Position numbers and translations under genes: made by a program
Source of the DNA: an uncultured Gemmatimonadales bacterium
GTDB lineage: Bacteria > Gemmatimonadota > Gemmatimonadetes > Gemmatimonadales > Gemmatimonadaceae
NCBI GenBank assembly: GCA_963850905.1
Contig: CAWKMU010000003.1
Location: forward strand, 576,001 to 640,000
Length of the DNA stretch: 64,000 bases
Direction of reading: 5' to 3'
The notes under the pieces: model-generated
Told to the model about the DNA's origin: nothing
Databases searched by the model: none
The model's input: only the letters and a program-made list of their open reading frames with translations
In this document: in pieces, positions 52,637-61,388 of the stretch
How positions within the stretch are numbered: position 1 is the first letter of the stretch
Layout: each line of letters starts with the position of its first letter

Positions 52637-53983
52637 TTAGGATCCCTTATACGTCACCTTCCACACTCGGCCGTTCTGGTCATCCGTGACGTAGAGTGAG
52701 CCGTCGGGCCCTTCGGCGAGGCCAACCGGCCGATGGTCGGCCTTGTCCGGCTGCATCACCTTTCCCGCGAATCCATCGGCGAACGTCTCGTGTGTGCTGT
52801 CCGGGTGCGCTGACCACGGCACGAAGGTGATGTTGTAGCCACCCTGCGGCAACGGCGCACGATTCCACGAGCCGTGAAACGCGATGAACGCGCCGCCCTG
52901 GTAATGCGCGGGGAATTGCGTGCCGCGATAGAAATGCATGTCGTCGGGTGCCCAATGTCCGGGGTACCAGCCGACCGGCGCACGCTTGCGGGCGCAGAGG
53001 CCGACCGTCTTGCCGTTGCCCCCGTACTCCGGCGCGAGCACCAGCTTGCCTTGCTGACCATCGAAGTAGCAGTACGGCCACCCGTAATCGCCCCCCCGCA
53101 CCACCTGCACCACTTCTTCCGCCGGCAGCTCGGCGCTTTGCGCCATGGTGTACTCCTTGGGCCAGTTCTCTCCCAGCTGATCGCGGCCATGCTGCGTCAC
53201 GTACAGCTTCCCGTCCGCAGGATTGATCGAGTACCCCTCGGCGTTGCGCAATCCGGTGGCGAAGCGCGCCTTGGCCGAGAACGCCTGGCCCGTCTTCTTG
53301 GCATCGTACTTCCAGACACCGGCGCGCGTCGACAACTCGGGGCACGGCTTCACGCCGGGCGCCTGCAGCGCCCGGTCCTTCGCTTGGCAGGAGTTCGAGG
53401 CGCTGCCCATGTCCACGTACAATGCCCCGGTCGAGTCGATGAGGAAGGGGTGCATCGTGTGGCCGTGCTCAATGGGCATGCCGCTCAGAACGACTTCGGT
53501 CGTCGTGTCAGGCACGAGCGCGCCTGGCTCCAGCTTGTAGCGGACGATGTTGGAGCCGTCCTCGGCGTACACATATCCACCGTACACCGCGATTCCGGTG
53601 CCCCCCGTGTGCGGCTGCGTCCCGTCCGAACCGAAGCGGGCGATGATGCTCGCATGCCCACTGTGATTCGTGTCGCGGAGCGCCACGATCACCCCGCCCG
53701 GGTGTGGAGGCGGACCGTTCTGCCCGCGTGACGGGGTTGTGTTGACGTAGACGTCGCCATTGGGAGCGACCGCGATGTGGCGCCCGTGGCCAATGGTGTC
53801 GGCAAAAACCGTGGCGCAGAATCCCGCCGGCAGTGTCAACGTCGTGTCACACGCCGTCGTCGCAGCCGCGCTGGTCGCTGTCGACGACTTTTCGCCACCA
53901 CTGCAAGCACACGCCGCGAGGATCGCGGCTGAAGACAGGAAGGAGCCCACACAGCGCACAAGTGTCGCACGCGATCGCAGCAT
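52637..53983 (-). CDS. Glucose/sorbosone dehydrogenase family lipoprotein (beta-propeller)
   Basis: LPAGF, GLRN, GWPYCY, FHGSWNR and RPVGLAEGPDGSLYVTDD. Confidence 0.88.
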   Translation of the reverse strand: MLRSRATLVRCVGSFLSSAAILAACACSGGEKSSTATSAAATTACDTTLTLPAGFCATVFADTIGHGRHIAVAPNGDVYVNTTPSRGQNGPPPHPGGVIVALRDTNHSGHASIIARFGSDGTQPHTGGTGIAVYGGYVYAEDGSNIVRYKLEPGALVPDTTTEVVLSGMPIEHGHTMHPFLIDSTGALYVDMGSASNSCQAKDRALQAPGVKPCPELSTRAGVWKYDAKKTGQAFSAKARFATGLRNAEGYSINPADGKLYVTQHGRDQLGENWPKEYTMAQSAELPAEEVVQVVRGGDYGWPYCYFDGQQGKLVLAPEYGGNGKTVGLCARKRAPVGWYPGHWAPDDMHFYRGTQFPAHYQGGAFIAFHGSWNRAPLPQGGYNITFVPWSAHPDSTHETFADGFAGKVMQPDKADHRPVGLAEGPDGSLYVTDDQNGRVWKVTYKGS

Positions 53984-54028
53984 CTCTCGCCTCCGTTGTA
54001 GTTCGCTAACCCTGATGCCTGTCGTTCC

Positions 54029-54061
54029 GTCTACTTTCTACTTTCTGTGCTTCTACTCTCT
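54029..54061 (-). repeat. AGAAAGT heptamer arm
   Basis: 33-nt exact reverse complement of 59094-59126; supplies the stop codon of the methyltransferase. Confidence 0.9.
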
Positions 54062-54775
54062 CGGGCGCTTTAGCGCATCCCCCATCGTGCGTCGGACAGT
54101 GTACAACGAGATCTGCTGATGCACAGCCCCTTCGTCGTACGGACGGATCTCGGTATTCGCGAGCGCGAGACCGTGGGCCGATAAACTCTCGAGAAACGCC
54201 GGCGCCGCCACCCGCCCCGGATCGGCGATCGTCGCGATCCCGCCCGGCGCCAACGTCTGCAGAATTGCGAAGGCGATGAGCGGCGCGTAGTGCTGCTCGT
54301 AGAGCACGTCCGCCGCGATCACCCGATCAAACTGTCCGAAGTCGGAGGGGAATGTGCGCCAGTCGACCAGCCGCGTATCGGGCACGCAATGCAACGCATG
54401 CCACGCGTTGGCGATCGTAAAACGCAATGCGGCTTCATAATAGTCGGTGGCTGTCACCGCGTAGCCGGCGCGCAACGCGGCGATGGTCGCTAGCCCCAGA
54501 CCGCATCCGAGCTCGAGCAGACGGGGCCGCGGCTCCGCTGCCGGGAGGGGAGTCTCCGCCAATACAGTGGCGAGCACGCGCGCCGACGGCCAGATGTCAG
54601 CCCAATACGGCAGCCGCTCATCGCGCACGAAATCAGCTTCGCTGATGAGATCATCGGGGTTCCGCGGACGCAGGATTTCGACCTCCCACCCGCCCACGGA
54701 CACCGTTTCGACTGCCGTGACGAACTCCCGCTCGAGCGCGCCCCACACCACCGCCGGCGCCGCGTTTGCACACAT
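54053..54775 (-). CDS. Class I SAM methyltransferase, METTL21/Methyltransf_16-like
   Basis: PYWADIWPSA, LELGCGLG and AADVLYE. Confidence 0.85.
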   Translation of the reverse strand: MCANAAPAVVWGALEREFVTAVETVSVGGWEVEILRPRNPDDLISEADFVRDERLPYWADIWPSARVLATVLAETPLPAAEPRPRLLELGCGLGLATIAALRAGYAVTATDYYEAALRFTIANAWHALHCVPDTRLVDWRTFPSDFGQFDRVIAADVLYEQHYAPLIAFAILQTLAPGGIATIADPGRVAAPAFLESLSAHGLALANTEIRPYDEGAVHQQISLYTVRRTMGDALKRPRE

Positions 54776-54816
54776 CGATCGCTGCCCCGGTCGAGTTGTT
54801 ATCTCCTTTCTCCTTT

Positions 54817-55326
54817 CTACCGCCGCGAAGCGGCGGTCGGTTCTCCGGTATTCGGATCGCGCAGCCCGTGTCGCGACTCGTACTTGGTGATGAAATACAA
54901 CGTCAGGCTGGTAAAGCCGCTCAGCGCCACCGCGATCTCGAACCGCCCATAGCCGACCGCAGCGCCCAGAATGCCCGTCGACCAGATCGCGGCGGCGGTC
55001 GCCGTACCGCGCACGCGGTTCCCCCCGAGCCGGACGATCGCGCCGCCACCGATGAATCCGATCCCGGTCACCAGGCCTTGCAAGATGTGTGTCTGTTGAT
55101 CGGACGAGATGCCGAACACCTGGCCCGCGAGGAGAACGAGCGAGCAGGACGCCGCGGCAACGACGGGGAACGTCCGCAACCCCGCGCTGCGGTCGTCACG
55201 CGCCCGCTCGACGCTGATCGGGAACGTCAGCACCCAGGCTAACGCAATCTTCCCGATGAGGGAGATGAACAGCGCCACATCAAAGTGGACGTCCTGCATG
55301 ACCTGGCGAATGAGCGAAGTCCACAT
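54817..55326 (-). CDS. MgtC/SapB family membrane protein
   Basis: SAGLRTF, GIGFIGGG and GTATAAAIW. Confidence 0.88.
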   Translation of the reverse strand: MWTSLIRQVMQDVHFDVALFISLIGKIALAWVLTFPISVERARDDRSAGLRTFPVVAAASCSLVLLAGQVFGISSDQQTHILQGLVTGIGFIGGGAIVRLGGNRVRGTATAAAIWSTGILGAAVGYGRFEIAVALSGFTSLTLYFITKYESRHGLRDPNTGEPTAASRR

Positions 55327-55351
55327 AGGGTAAGGCGAGGTTGGAGCGTAG

Positions 55352-55483
55352 GACGGCAGACGCTGGACGCTGGACGCTAGAGACAAACCTCGAGGCCAGC
55401 TAGATGCAGCGTGCCTGGCCTCGAGGTTTCTCTCCGACGTCCAACGTCTAACGTCTAGCGTCCAGCGTCTAACGTCCAGCGTC
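55352..55483. repeat. GACGCTG inverted heptamer element around a hairpin
   Basis: (GACGCTG)n, then AAACCTCGAGGCCAG..CTGGCCTCGAGGTTT, then (YARCGTC)n. Confidence 0.85.
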
Positions 55484-55508
55484 GAGCCTTTTAGATTCCC
55501 CTCCACCC

Positions 55509-55865
55509 ATGTCTACTATCGAGCATCGTCATGTCGGGCCCCGGATGAGCCAAATGATCATTCACGGGGACACCGTGTACCTGGCTGGCCAGGTAGCCAA
55601 TCGGACCGCCGGCGGATCGGTCGCCGAGCAGACCCGAGAAATCTTGGCCCGGATCGACCAGTTCCTCGCTGAAGCTGGCACCGACAAGTCCAACATCCTG
55701 CAGGCCACTATCTGGCTGGCCGAGATCTCGTCATACGCCGAGATGAATGAGGTGTGGGATACCTGGGTGACCCCGGGCAAGCCACCGACGCGTGCCTGCG
55801 TCGAGGCGGCGCTCGCCGGCCCAGCCTACGCGGTCGAGATACGGGTGGTGGCGGGGAAGCCCTGA
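55509..55865 (+). CDS. RidA/YjgF family protein (YoaB-like)
   Basis: VYLAGQV, MNEVWDTW and PPTRACVEA. Confidence 0.9.
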   Translation: MSTIEHRHVGPRMSQMIIHGDTVYLAGQVANRTAGGSVAEQTREILARIDQFLAEAGTDKSNILQATIWLAEISSYAEMNEVWDTWVTPGKPPTRACVEAALAGPAYAVEIRVVAGKP

Positions 55866-55904
55866 GTTAAGGGGTCAGGGGTCAGGGGTCCCAGACCCCG
55901 CAGG

Positions 55905-57416
55905 TCAGCCCCTCAACCCCGTACTCACAAACTTCGTCTCCAAGAACGCATCCATCCCCTCCGGCCCGCCTTCTCGACCGAGGCCGGATTCTTTGAAACC
56001 GCCGAACGGGGCCTGTGCCGTCGACGGAAGCGGGTCGTTGATCCCGACGATGCCGAACTCGAGACGCTCGGCGACTCGCCACGCGCGCGAGAGGTCGTTG
56101 GTGTAGGCGTACGCCGCGAGCCCGTACTTGGTCGCGTTCGCGCGCTGCACCACTTCGTCCTCTGTCGCGAAGCTGGTGACCGGCGCGACTGGGCCAAAGG
56201 TCTCCTCGCGCATGACACGCATCCCGTCGTGCACACCGGCCAGGAGCGTCGGAGCGAAGAAGTGCCCGCGCTCATGGTCCGCTGGACGGTCGCCCCCGAC
56301 GACGACTTGCGCCCCGGACGCGACCGCGTCGCGCACGTGCGCGTCGACCTTCTCTACTGCGGCCGCATCGATGAGTGGGCCGATCTGCACCCCTTCGGTG
56401 AGACCATCGCCGACCCGAAGCGCGCGGATCTGCGGCGCCAACGCTTGCAGAAATGGCTCGAGGACCGACGCATGTACGTAGAATCGGTTCGCGCACACGC
56501 AGGTCTGGCCCGCGTTCCGGAACTTGGATGTGATCGCGCCACGCGCGGCCGCCTCAATGTCCGCGTCGGCAAACACGATGAACGGCGCGTGGCCTCCCAG
56601 CTCGAGTGAGACGCGCTTGACCGAGGCCGCCGCCTCGCGGGCCAGATGCTTGCCGACTTCCGTCGAGCCCGTGAACGTGATCTTCCGCACCGCGGGGTGC
56701 TGCAACATCTCGGCGCCCGCGGGCACGGGATCGTGCGTGGGCACGACGTTGAGCACGCCCGGGGGCAGTCCGGCATCACCAAGGATCGCCGCGATCCGGA
56801 GTGCCGTGAGCGGGGTCTGTTCCGCAGGCTTCAACACCACGGTGCATCCCGCGGCAATTGCAGGCCCCACTTTTCTTGTGACCATCGCGGCCGGGAAATT
56901 CCACGGCGTGATCGCCGCAACGACTCCGACCGGCTGGCGGAGCGTGAGCAATCGCTTGCCAGGGACCGACGCCGGAATCACGCGCCCGTAAATGCGCTCG
57001 GCCTCGCCCGCGGCCCAACCCAGGAAGCTCGCTGCATAGGCGATCTCGCCGCGCGCCTCGGCGAACGGCTTGCCGCCCTCGAGGGTAAGCGTCCGAGCCA
57101 GGCTGCCAGACTGCTCGAGCATCAGCGCTTCCGCTCGTCGAAGAACGCGCGCGCGCTCGAGCGCCGGCGTATCGGACCACGCTGGCAGCGCCCGGCTCGC
57201 ATCGTCTATCGCACCGCGCACATCCTCGCGATCGGCGTCAGCGACCGTCGCAACCGGCTCGAGCGTGGCGGGATTGTAGACCGTGAAACTGCGCTTCGCC
57301 CTGCGCCGCTCTCCACCGACCCACAACCCCTCGCTGGGCGGGGCACTGGGCGCGGCCCCTGCGGTGCGCGGCTCGGTCACACCCGCCGCCGCGCTCTGTA
57401 CCCGGGACGTTGTCAT
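55905..57416 (-). CDS. gabD: NAD(P)-dependent succinate-semialdehyde dehydrogenase
   Basis: ITPWNFP, FTGST, LELGGHAP, NAGQTCVC and EETFGP. Confidence 0.88.
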   Translation of the reverse strand: MTTSRVQSAAAGVTEPRTAGAAPSAPPSEGLWVGGERRRAKRSFTVYNPATLEPVATVADADREDVRGAIDDASRALPAWSDTPALERARVLRRAEALMLEQSGSLARTLTLEGGKPFAEARGEIAYAASFLGWAAGEAERIYGRVIPASVPGKRLLTLRQPVGVVAAITPWNFPAAMVTRKVGPAIAAGCTVVLKPAEQTPLTALRIAAILGDAGLPPGVLNVVPTHDPVPAGAEMLQHPAVRKITFTGSTEVGKHLAREAAASVKRVSLELGGHAPFIVFADADIEAAARGAITSKFRNAGQTCVCANRFYVHASVLEPFLQALAPQIRALRVGDGLTEGVQIGPLIDAAAVEKVDAHVRDAVASGAQVVVGGDRPADHERGHFFAPTLLAGVHDGMRVMREETFGPVAPVTSFATEDEVVQRANATKYGLAAYAYTNDLSRAWRVAERLEFGIVGINDPLPSTAQAPFGGFKESGLGREGGPEGMDAFLETKFVSTGLRG

Positions 57417-57641
57417 ACGCCAAAGCTAGCCAAGCTTCGACGTCTGCGATGCCGGCAGTTCCCCCTCGCGGGGCCGGCCTCAGTTGCGTATTATTGTTGA
57501 GGCTGGCGGCGCCCCAGATGGCCCTGCCGCACCCTATCCCAAACGCCAATTGCACGTTGCCCGATGTCCACCAGATGTTTACGTGAGGCGACCTCACGTG
57601 ACAGGGGAACTTATTGCAACGAAACGGACTATCTAAGCCGT

Positions 57642-57995
57642 ATGGACAGAGTGATCATGCAGCACTTCGCGGTCACCCTCGCGTTGACACCTCGCAGTTG
57701 CGAGGCGATCAAGCATGCGCTCTCAGCCGCCGGAATGGGTGGCGAGGGCGGCGGGCTACGGATCAGTGCGCATCGCGGGCGTGATGGAGTGGAATATCGC
57801 TTCGGGGTCGAGGCGCAAGCCGCCGAAACCGATTACGTGATCGAACAACACGGGGCTCGCGTCTACGTTGACCCGTTTTCTGCACCGCTTTTGGATGGAG
57901 GGTCGGTCGACTTTGTTCCGGCGGGGACTGAGCAGGTGTTCGCGTTGACCCCGCCACGATCGGTCGCACGGTGGCAACCGAGGCTGGTCGCGTAA
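57642..57995 (+). CDS. HesB/IscA-like protein lacking canonical cysteines
   Basis: LRI...YRFG...D.VIEQHGARVYVDPFSAPLLDGGSVDF pattern. Confidence 0.65.
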   Translation: MDRVIMQHFAVTLALTPRSCEAIKHALSAAGMGGEGGGLRISAHRGRDGVEYRFGVEAQAAETDYVIEQHGARVYVDPFSAPLLDGGSVDFVPAGTEQVFALTPPRSVARWQPRLVA

Positions 57996-58025
57996 CGAGA
58001 GCAGGTAGCGAGCCGAGCAGTTTGT

Positions 58026-58051
58026 GGGGCGGCCGCTTTGGGGGCCGCCCC
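58026..58051 (+). terminator. GC hairpin after the HesB-like gene
   Basis: GGGGCGGCC...GGCCGCCCC with a weak U tail. Confidence 0.4.
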
Positions 58052-58058
58052 GTGTGTT

Positions 58059-58102
58059 CTCCCAGAGTCGCCTGATTGATCTCCCAGAGTCGCCTGATTG
58101 AT
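58059..58102 (+). repeat. Perfect 22-bp tandem duplication
   Basis: CTCCCAGAGTCGCCTGATTGAT twice. Confidence 0.9.
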
Positions 58103-58125
58103 ACTGTATGCAGCGGAGGAGTGGA

Positions 58126-59076
58126 ATGGACGTGACGACCAAGGCTGAGCGACCCACCCGGCGCAGTCGAACAAGGGCGGGGACACAGCCTGCGATCGGC
58201 GGGGCTGAAGGACAGGAGCTGCTCGATCTCTACATTGCAGAGCTCGGGCGTATGCCCGTATTGTCGGCTGCCGCCCAGAAGGACATCGCGCGGCGGATGC
58301 GCAACTCGGCCCTGCCGGCGCGCGACCGCGCCGCTGCGCGCGCCGAGTTGATTAATGCGAACCTGCGCTTCGCGTTTTCGATTGCCAAGAAATACCAGCA
58401 TCGCGGTCTCGCCCTCGAGGACCTCGTCGGCGAAGCCAATGCGGGCCTCTGTCGCGCCGCCGACAAGTATGACCCCGACGTGGGGGTCAACTTCATCAGC
58501 TACGCGGTCTGGTGGATTCGCCAGGCACTGCACGCGTCCATCACCACCAAGGGACGCTCGGTGCGGTTGCCCCTCGGTCGGGCCGGCGACCTGTCCAAGG
58601 CCGTCAAGGCGCAGAGCATCCTCCGCGGAACGCTGCGCCGCGAGCCGACCAACGAGGAGATCGGTGAGGCCTGCAACCTGAGCCCCGAGATCGTCGAGAG
58701 CCTGCTCGGGCTCGTACAGCCCGAACGGTCGCTCGACGACCCACTCGACGGCTCCGCGGGTGGCGATGGCCGCTCGCGCACACTCGCCAGCGTGATTCGG
58801 GCCGAAACCGAGGACGGCGACGACCGCCTCCCCGGTACGCTCGAGGAAGAGTCGCGTCGCGAGGCGGTCCGTCGTGCGCTGGCACCCCTGCCGCCGCGCG
58901 ATCGCCGGGTACTCGTACTGTACTATGGCCTCGAGTCCGGCGAGCCGAAGACGTTGGACGAGATCGGCCGCATGCTCGGTGTCACGCGTGAGCGCGTCCG
59001 CCAGCTCCGCGACCGCGCACTCGCTGCCCTGCGCGACGGTGGCGCCGCCGACATGCTCAGGGACTGGGCGGCGTAA
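58126..59076 (+). CDS. RNA polymerase sigma-70 factor (group-2/RpoS-like, no region 1.1)
   Basis: NLRFAFSIAKKY, FISYAVWWIRQ and TLDEIG..GVTRERVRQ, with GGAGGAG RBS. Confidence 0.93.
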   Translation: MDVTTKAERPTRRSRTRAGTQPAIGGAEGQELLDLYIAELGRMPVLSAAAQKDIARRMRNSALPARDRAAARAELINANLRFAFSIAKKYQHRGLALEDLVGEANAGLCRAADKYDPDVGVNFISYAVWWIRQALHASITTKGRSVRLPLGRAGDLSKAVKAQSILRGTLRREPTNEEIGEACNLSPEIVESLLGLVQPERSLDDPLDGSAGGDGRSRTLASVIRAETEDGDDRLPGTLEEESRREAVRRALAPLPPRDRRVLVLYYGLESGEPKTLDEIGRMLGVTRERVRQLRDRALAALRDGGAADMLRDWAA

Positions 59077-59129
59077 CGCCGAAGGCGTTACGCAGAGAGT
59101 AGAAGCACAGAAAGTAGAAAGTAGACAAA

Positions 59130-59170
59130 GACGAAGGGCTGGGACCTGTCCCAGCCCTTCGTCCTTTCCT
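59130..59170. terminator. Strong, probably bidirectional terminator
   Basis: GACGAAGGGCTGGGAC paired with GTCCCAGCCCTTCGTC, between convergent genes. Confidence 0.8.
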
Positions 59171-59232
59171 TTGCCGTTCATCTCCTTTCTCCTCTCCCCT
59201 CACTCCTCTCTCAAGGCTAACGCGCCAGCGCG

Positions 59233-59709
59233 TTAGCCTTGCGGCGCTGCCATATTCCCGCACGCAATCACCATCCCCGTGTTGCTCGGCGCGGCCAGGA
59301 CCTCGACGAAGTAGTCGCCCGCTTTCGGTGGCGGCAGCGTCTGCTGCGTCTTGGCCGTCGCGGTCCCGTCATTGCCTACTTTGAGCGGAGGGTAGGCGCG
59401 GTCCGAGCCGTACACCCCGCGATCGTTGCCACACGTCCCCTCATGCACCGCCCACGGATGGACGCCCCCAGGCGCCGCGTTCGCGATCGCGATCGAGATG
59501 AGTGCTCGCCCCGTATCACCAACGGCCGGCGGGGCCATCCATGCGGACCCATGGATCTCGACCGCCCCGCGCAGATCCTTTGGACTCGCCAGTGTTGCGG
59601 TCCAACGCGCCGACACGGGAATCGATGGCGCTGGATTGACTTCGACCGAATGGTGACACCCGGTCGCCATGACCACGAGCGCCGCACTGCTCAACCAATA
59701 CCGCCACAT
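59233..59709 (-). CDS. Lipoprotein, Cu/Zn-SOD-like or CHRD-like fold
   Basis: ATGC lipobox, HPWAVHEGTCG and VIACGN. Confidence 0.65.
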   Translation of the reverse strand: MWRYWLSSAALVVMATGCHHSVEVNPAPSIPVSARWTATLASPKDLRGAVEIHGSAWMAPPAVGDTGRALISIAIANAAPGGVHPWAVHEGTCGNDRGVYGSDRAYPPLKVGNDGTATAKTQQTLPPPKAGDYFVEVLAAPSNTGMVIACGNMAAPQG

Positions 59710-60048
59710 CGATGCTCCGGCTCCCGAGAGTTGTGTTCGTTCGCACGGTACCGCACACTCCAACCGACTCTCGATTACGGTTGAAGTCGCGGGTGAGCCG
59801 CGCATTGGCTCACTGCACGCGCATGCGCGCCCCCTACACCAAAGCGAATTCCGTGCGAGAGCGCCGGAGCGCATCGACGGTTGACGGGATCCGCTCTGAT
59901 CGACGAGACTGCTTGTGTCGTGTGCCGCTACGCTCGCGTTCGCCGCTGCAGCGCAGACGCAGGACCGGATACACGAGCGTTGATCTGCACCGGACGCCAT
60001 GCATCACCATCTCACCGAGGCGCTGTGTCCGCCACCGTTCCTGACACC

Positions 60049-61026
60049 ATGCAGTTCATTGAGTGTGAGCATCCCGGCCCGCCGGACGTGCTGCGCATCA
60101 CGACGGGACCGACACCGCGGCCACGCGATGACGAGGTCCTCGTTCGAGTGGCGGCAGCGAGTGTCAATCGCCCGGATCTGTTGCAGCGCCAAGGCAAGTA
60201 CCCGCCACCGCCGGGTGCGTCGCCGATCCTCGGTCTGGATGTCGCCGGCGATGTCGTTGCCGTGGGATCGCAGGTGCGGCGTTGGCGAATCGGTGATCGC
60301 GTCTGCGCGTTGGTGTCAGGCGGCGGCTACGCCGAATACTGCGCCGCGCCGGCAGAGCAGTGCCTGCCGGTGCCGCACGGGTTGTCACTGGTCGAAGCCG
60401 CTGCGATCCCGGAGACGTTTTTCACGGTGTGGACCAACCTGTTCCAGCGCGGACGCCTGGCCGCGGGCGAATCCGTTCTGATTCACGGCGGCGCAAGCGG
60501 GATCGGCACGACCGCCATTCAACTCGCGCGCGCACGCGGCGCACGCGTCTTCGCGACGGCCGGCTCCGCCGCCCGATGCGACGCGTGCGTGAAGCTGGGA
60601 GCGGAACTGGCTGTCAACTACCACGACACCGACTTCGTCGCAGCGGTGCGTGAGGCGACAGGAGGTCGGGGTGTCGACGTCGTGCTCGACATGGTCGGCG
60701 GCGCGTACGTCGAGCGCAATCTCGCGGTCCTCACCGTCGAAGGACGACTCGTCCAAATCGCGTTCCTGACGGCGAGCCGCGTCGAAGTCGATCTGCGCAT
60801 CGTGATGACCAAGCGGCTGACCATCACGGGATCGACGCTGCGCCCCCGGTCGATCGCGGAAAAGGGGGCGATTGCCATGGATCTCGAGAGGCACGTGTGG
60901 CCCATCCTCGACAACGGGACGATTCGACCGATCATCTACCGCACGTTTCCGCTCGCCGAGGCGGCCGCCGCACACCGACTCCTCGAGGAGGGCGGCCACG
61001 TGGGCAAGATTGTTCTGCAGGTGTGA
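60049..61026 (+). CDS. NAD(P)H-quinone oxidoreductase (PIG3/zeta-crystallin family)
   Basis: VNRPDLLQRQGKYPPPPG, HGGASGIG, GSTLRPR and HVGKIVL. Confidence 0.92.
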   Translation: MQFIECEHPGPPDVLRITTGPTPRPRDDEVLVRVAAASVNRPDLLQRQGKYPPPPGASPILGLDVAGDVVAVGSQVRRWRIGDRVCALVSGGGYAEYCAAPAEQCLPVPHGLSLVEAAAIPETFFTVWTNLFQRGRLAAGESVLIHGGASGIGTTAIQLARARGARVFATAGSAARCDACVKLGAELAVNYHDTDFVAAVREATGGRGVDVVLDMVGGAYVERNLAVLTVEGRLVQIAFLTASRVEVDLRIVMTKRLTITGSTLRPRSIAEKGAIAMDLERHVWPILDNGTIRPIIYRTFPLAEAAAAHRLLEEGGHVGKIVLQV

Positions 61027-61045
61027 CCACGCGTTTCCGTGCGGG

Positions 61046-61105
61046 GTAGGGGCGACGCCCTGCGTCGCCCGCCATTTGCCGTAGGGGCGACGCCACCCGT
61101 CGCCG
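61046..61105 (+). repeat. Two GTAG-REP palindromes
   Basis: GTAGGGGCGACGCCCTGCGTCGCCC at 61046 and a degenerate copy at 61081. Confidence 0.85.
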
Positions 61106-61388
61106 TTCATCGCGCTCTGTTCTCGGGCGCGAACCGCCGGGGTCGTCGCATCGCCCCCGCAATGCCGCGTGGCTTCTCCGCATCACCGCCGCAACTCCGT
61201 CTGAAACGCCCCGCGTAACTCGTTTGCACGATGAGCCTTGGCGGATGCCCCGGCGTGGCCTGGGATTCGCAATTGGGCAAAACCGCGGATGTGGCTGGCA
61301 CCACCGCGGATCCGAGCGCGCGACCCGTCAGCTCGACGGTGGTGGTGGCAGTCACTCGGTCGGTTCACCGTTCGCCTCGCAGCCCTCG

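Noticed and set aside
57763..59181. Long antisense ORFs (also 28574-30055, 32771-34426, 42339-43871)
   Set aside because: Shadow frames of real genes, expected at high GC.
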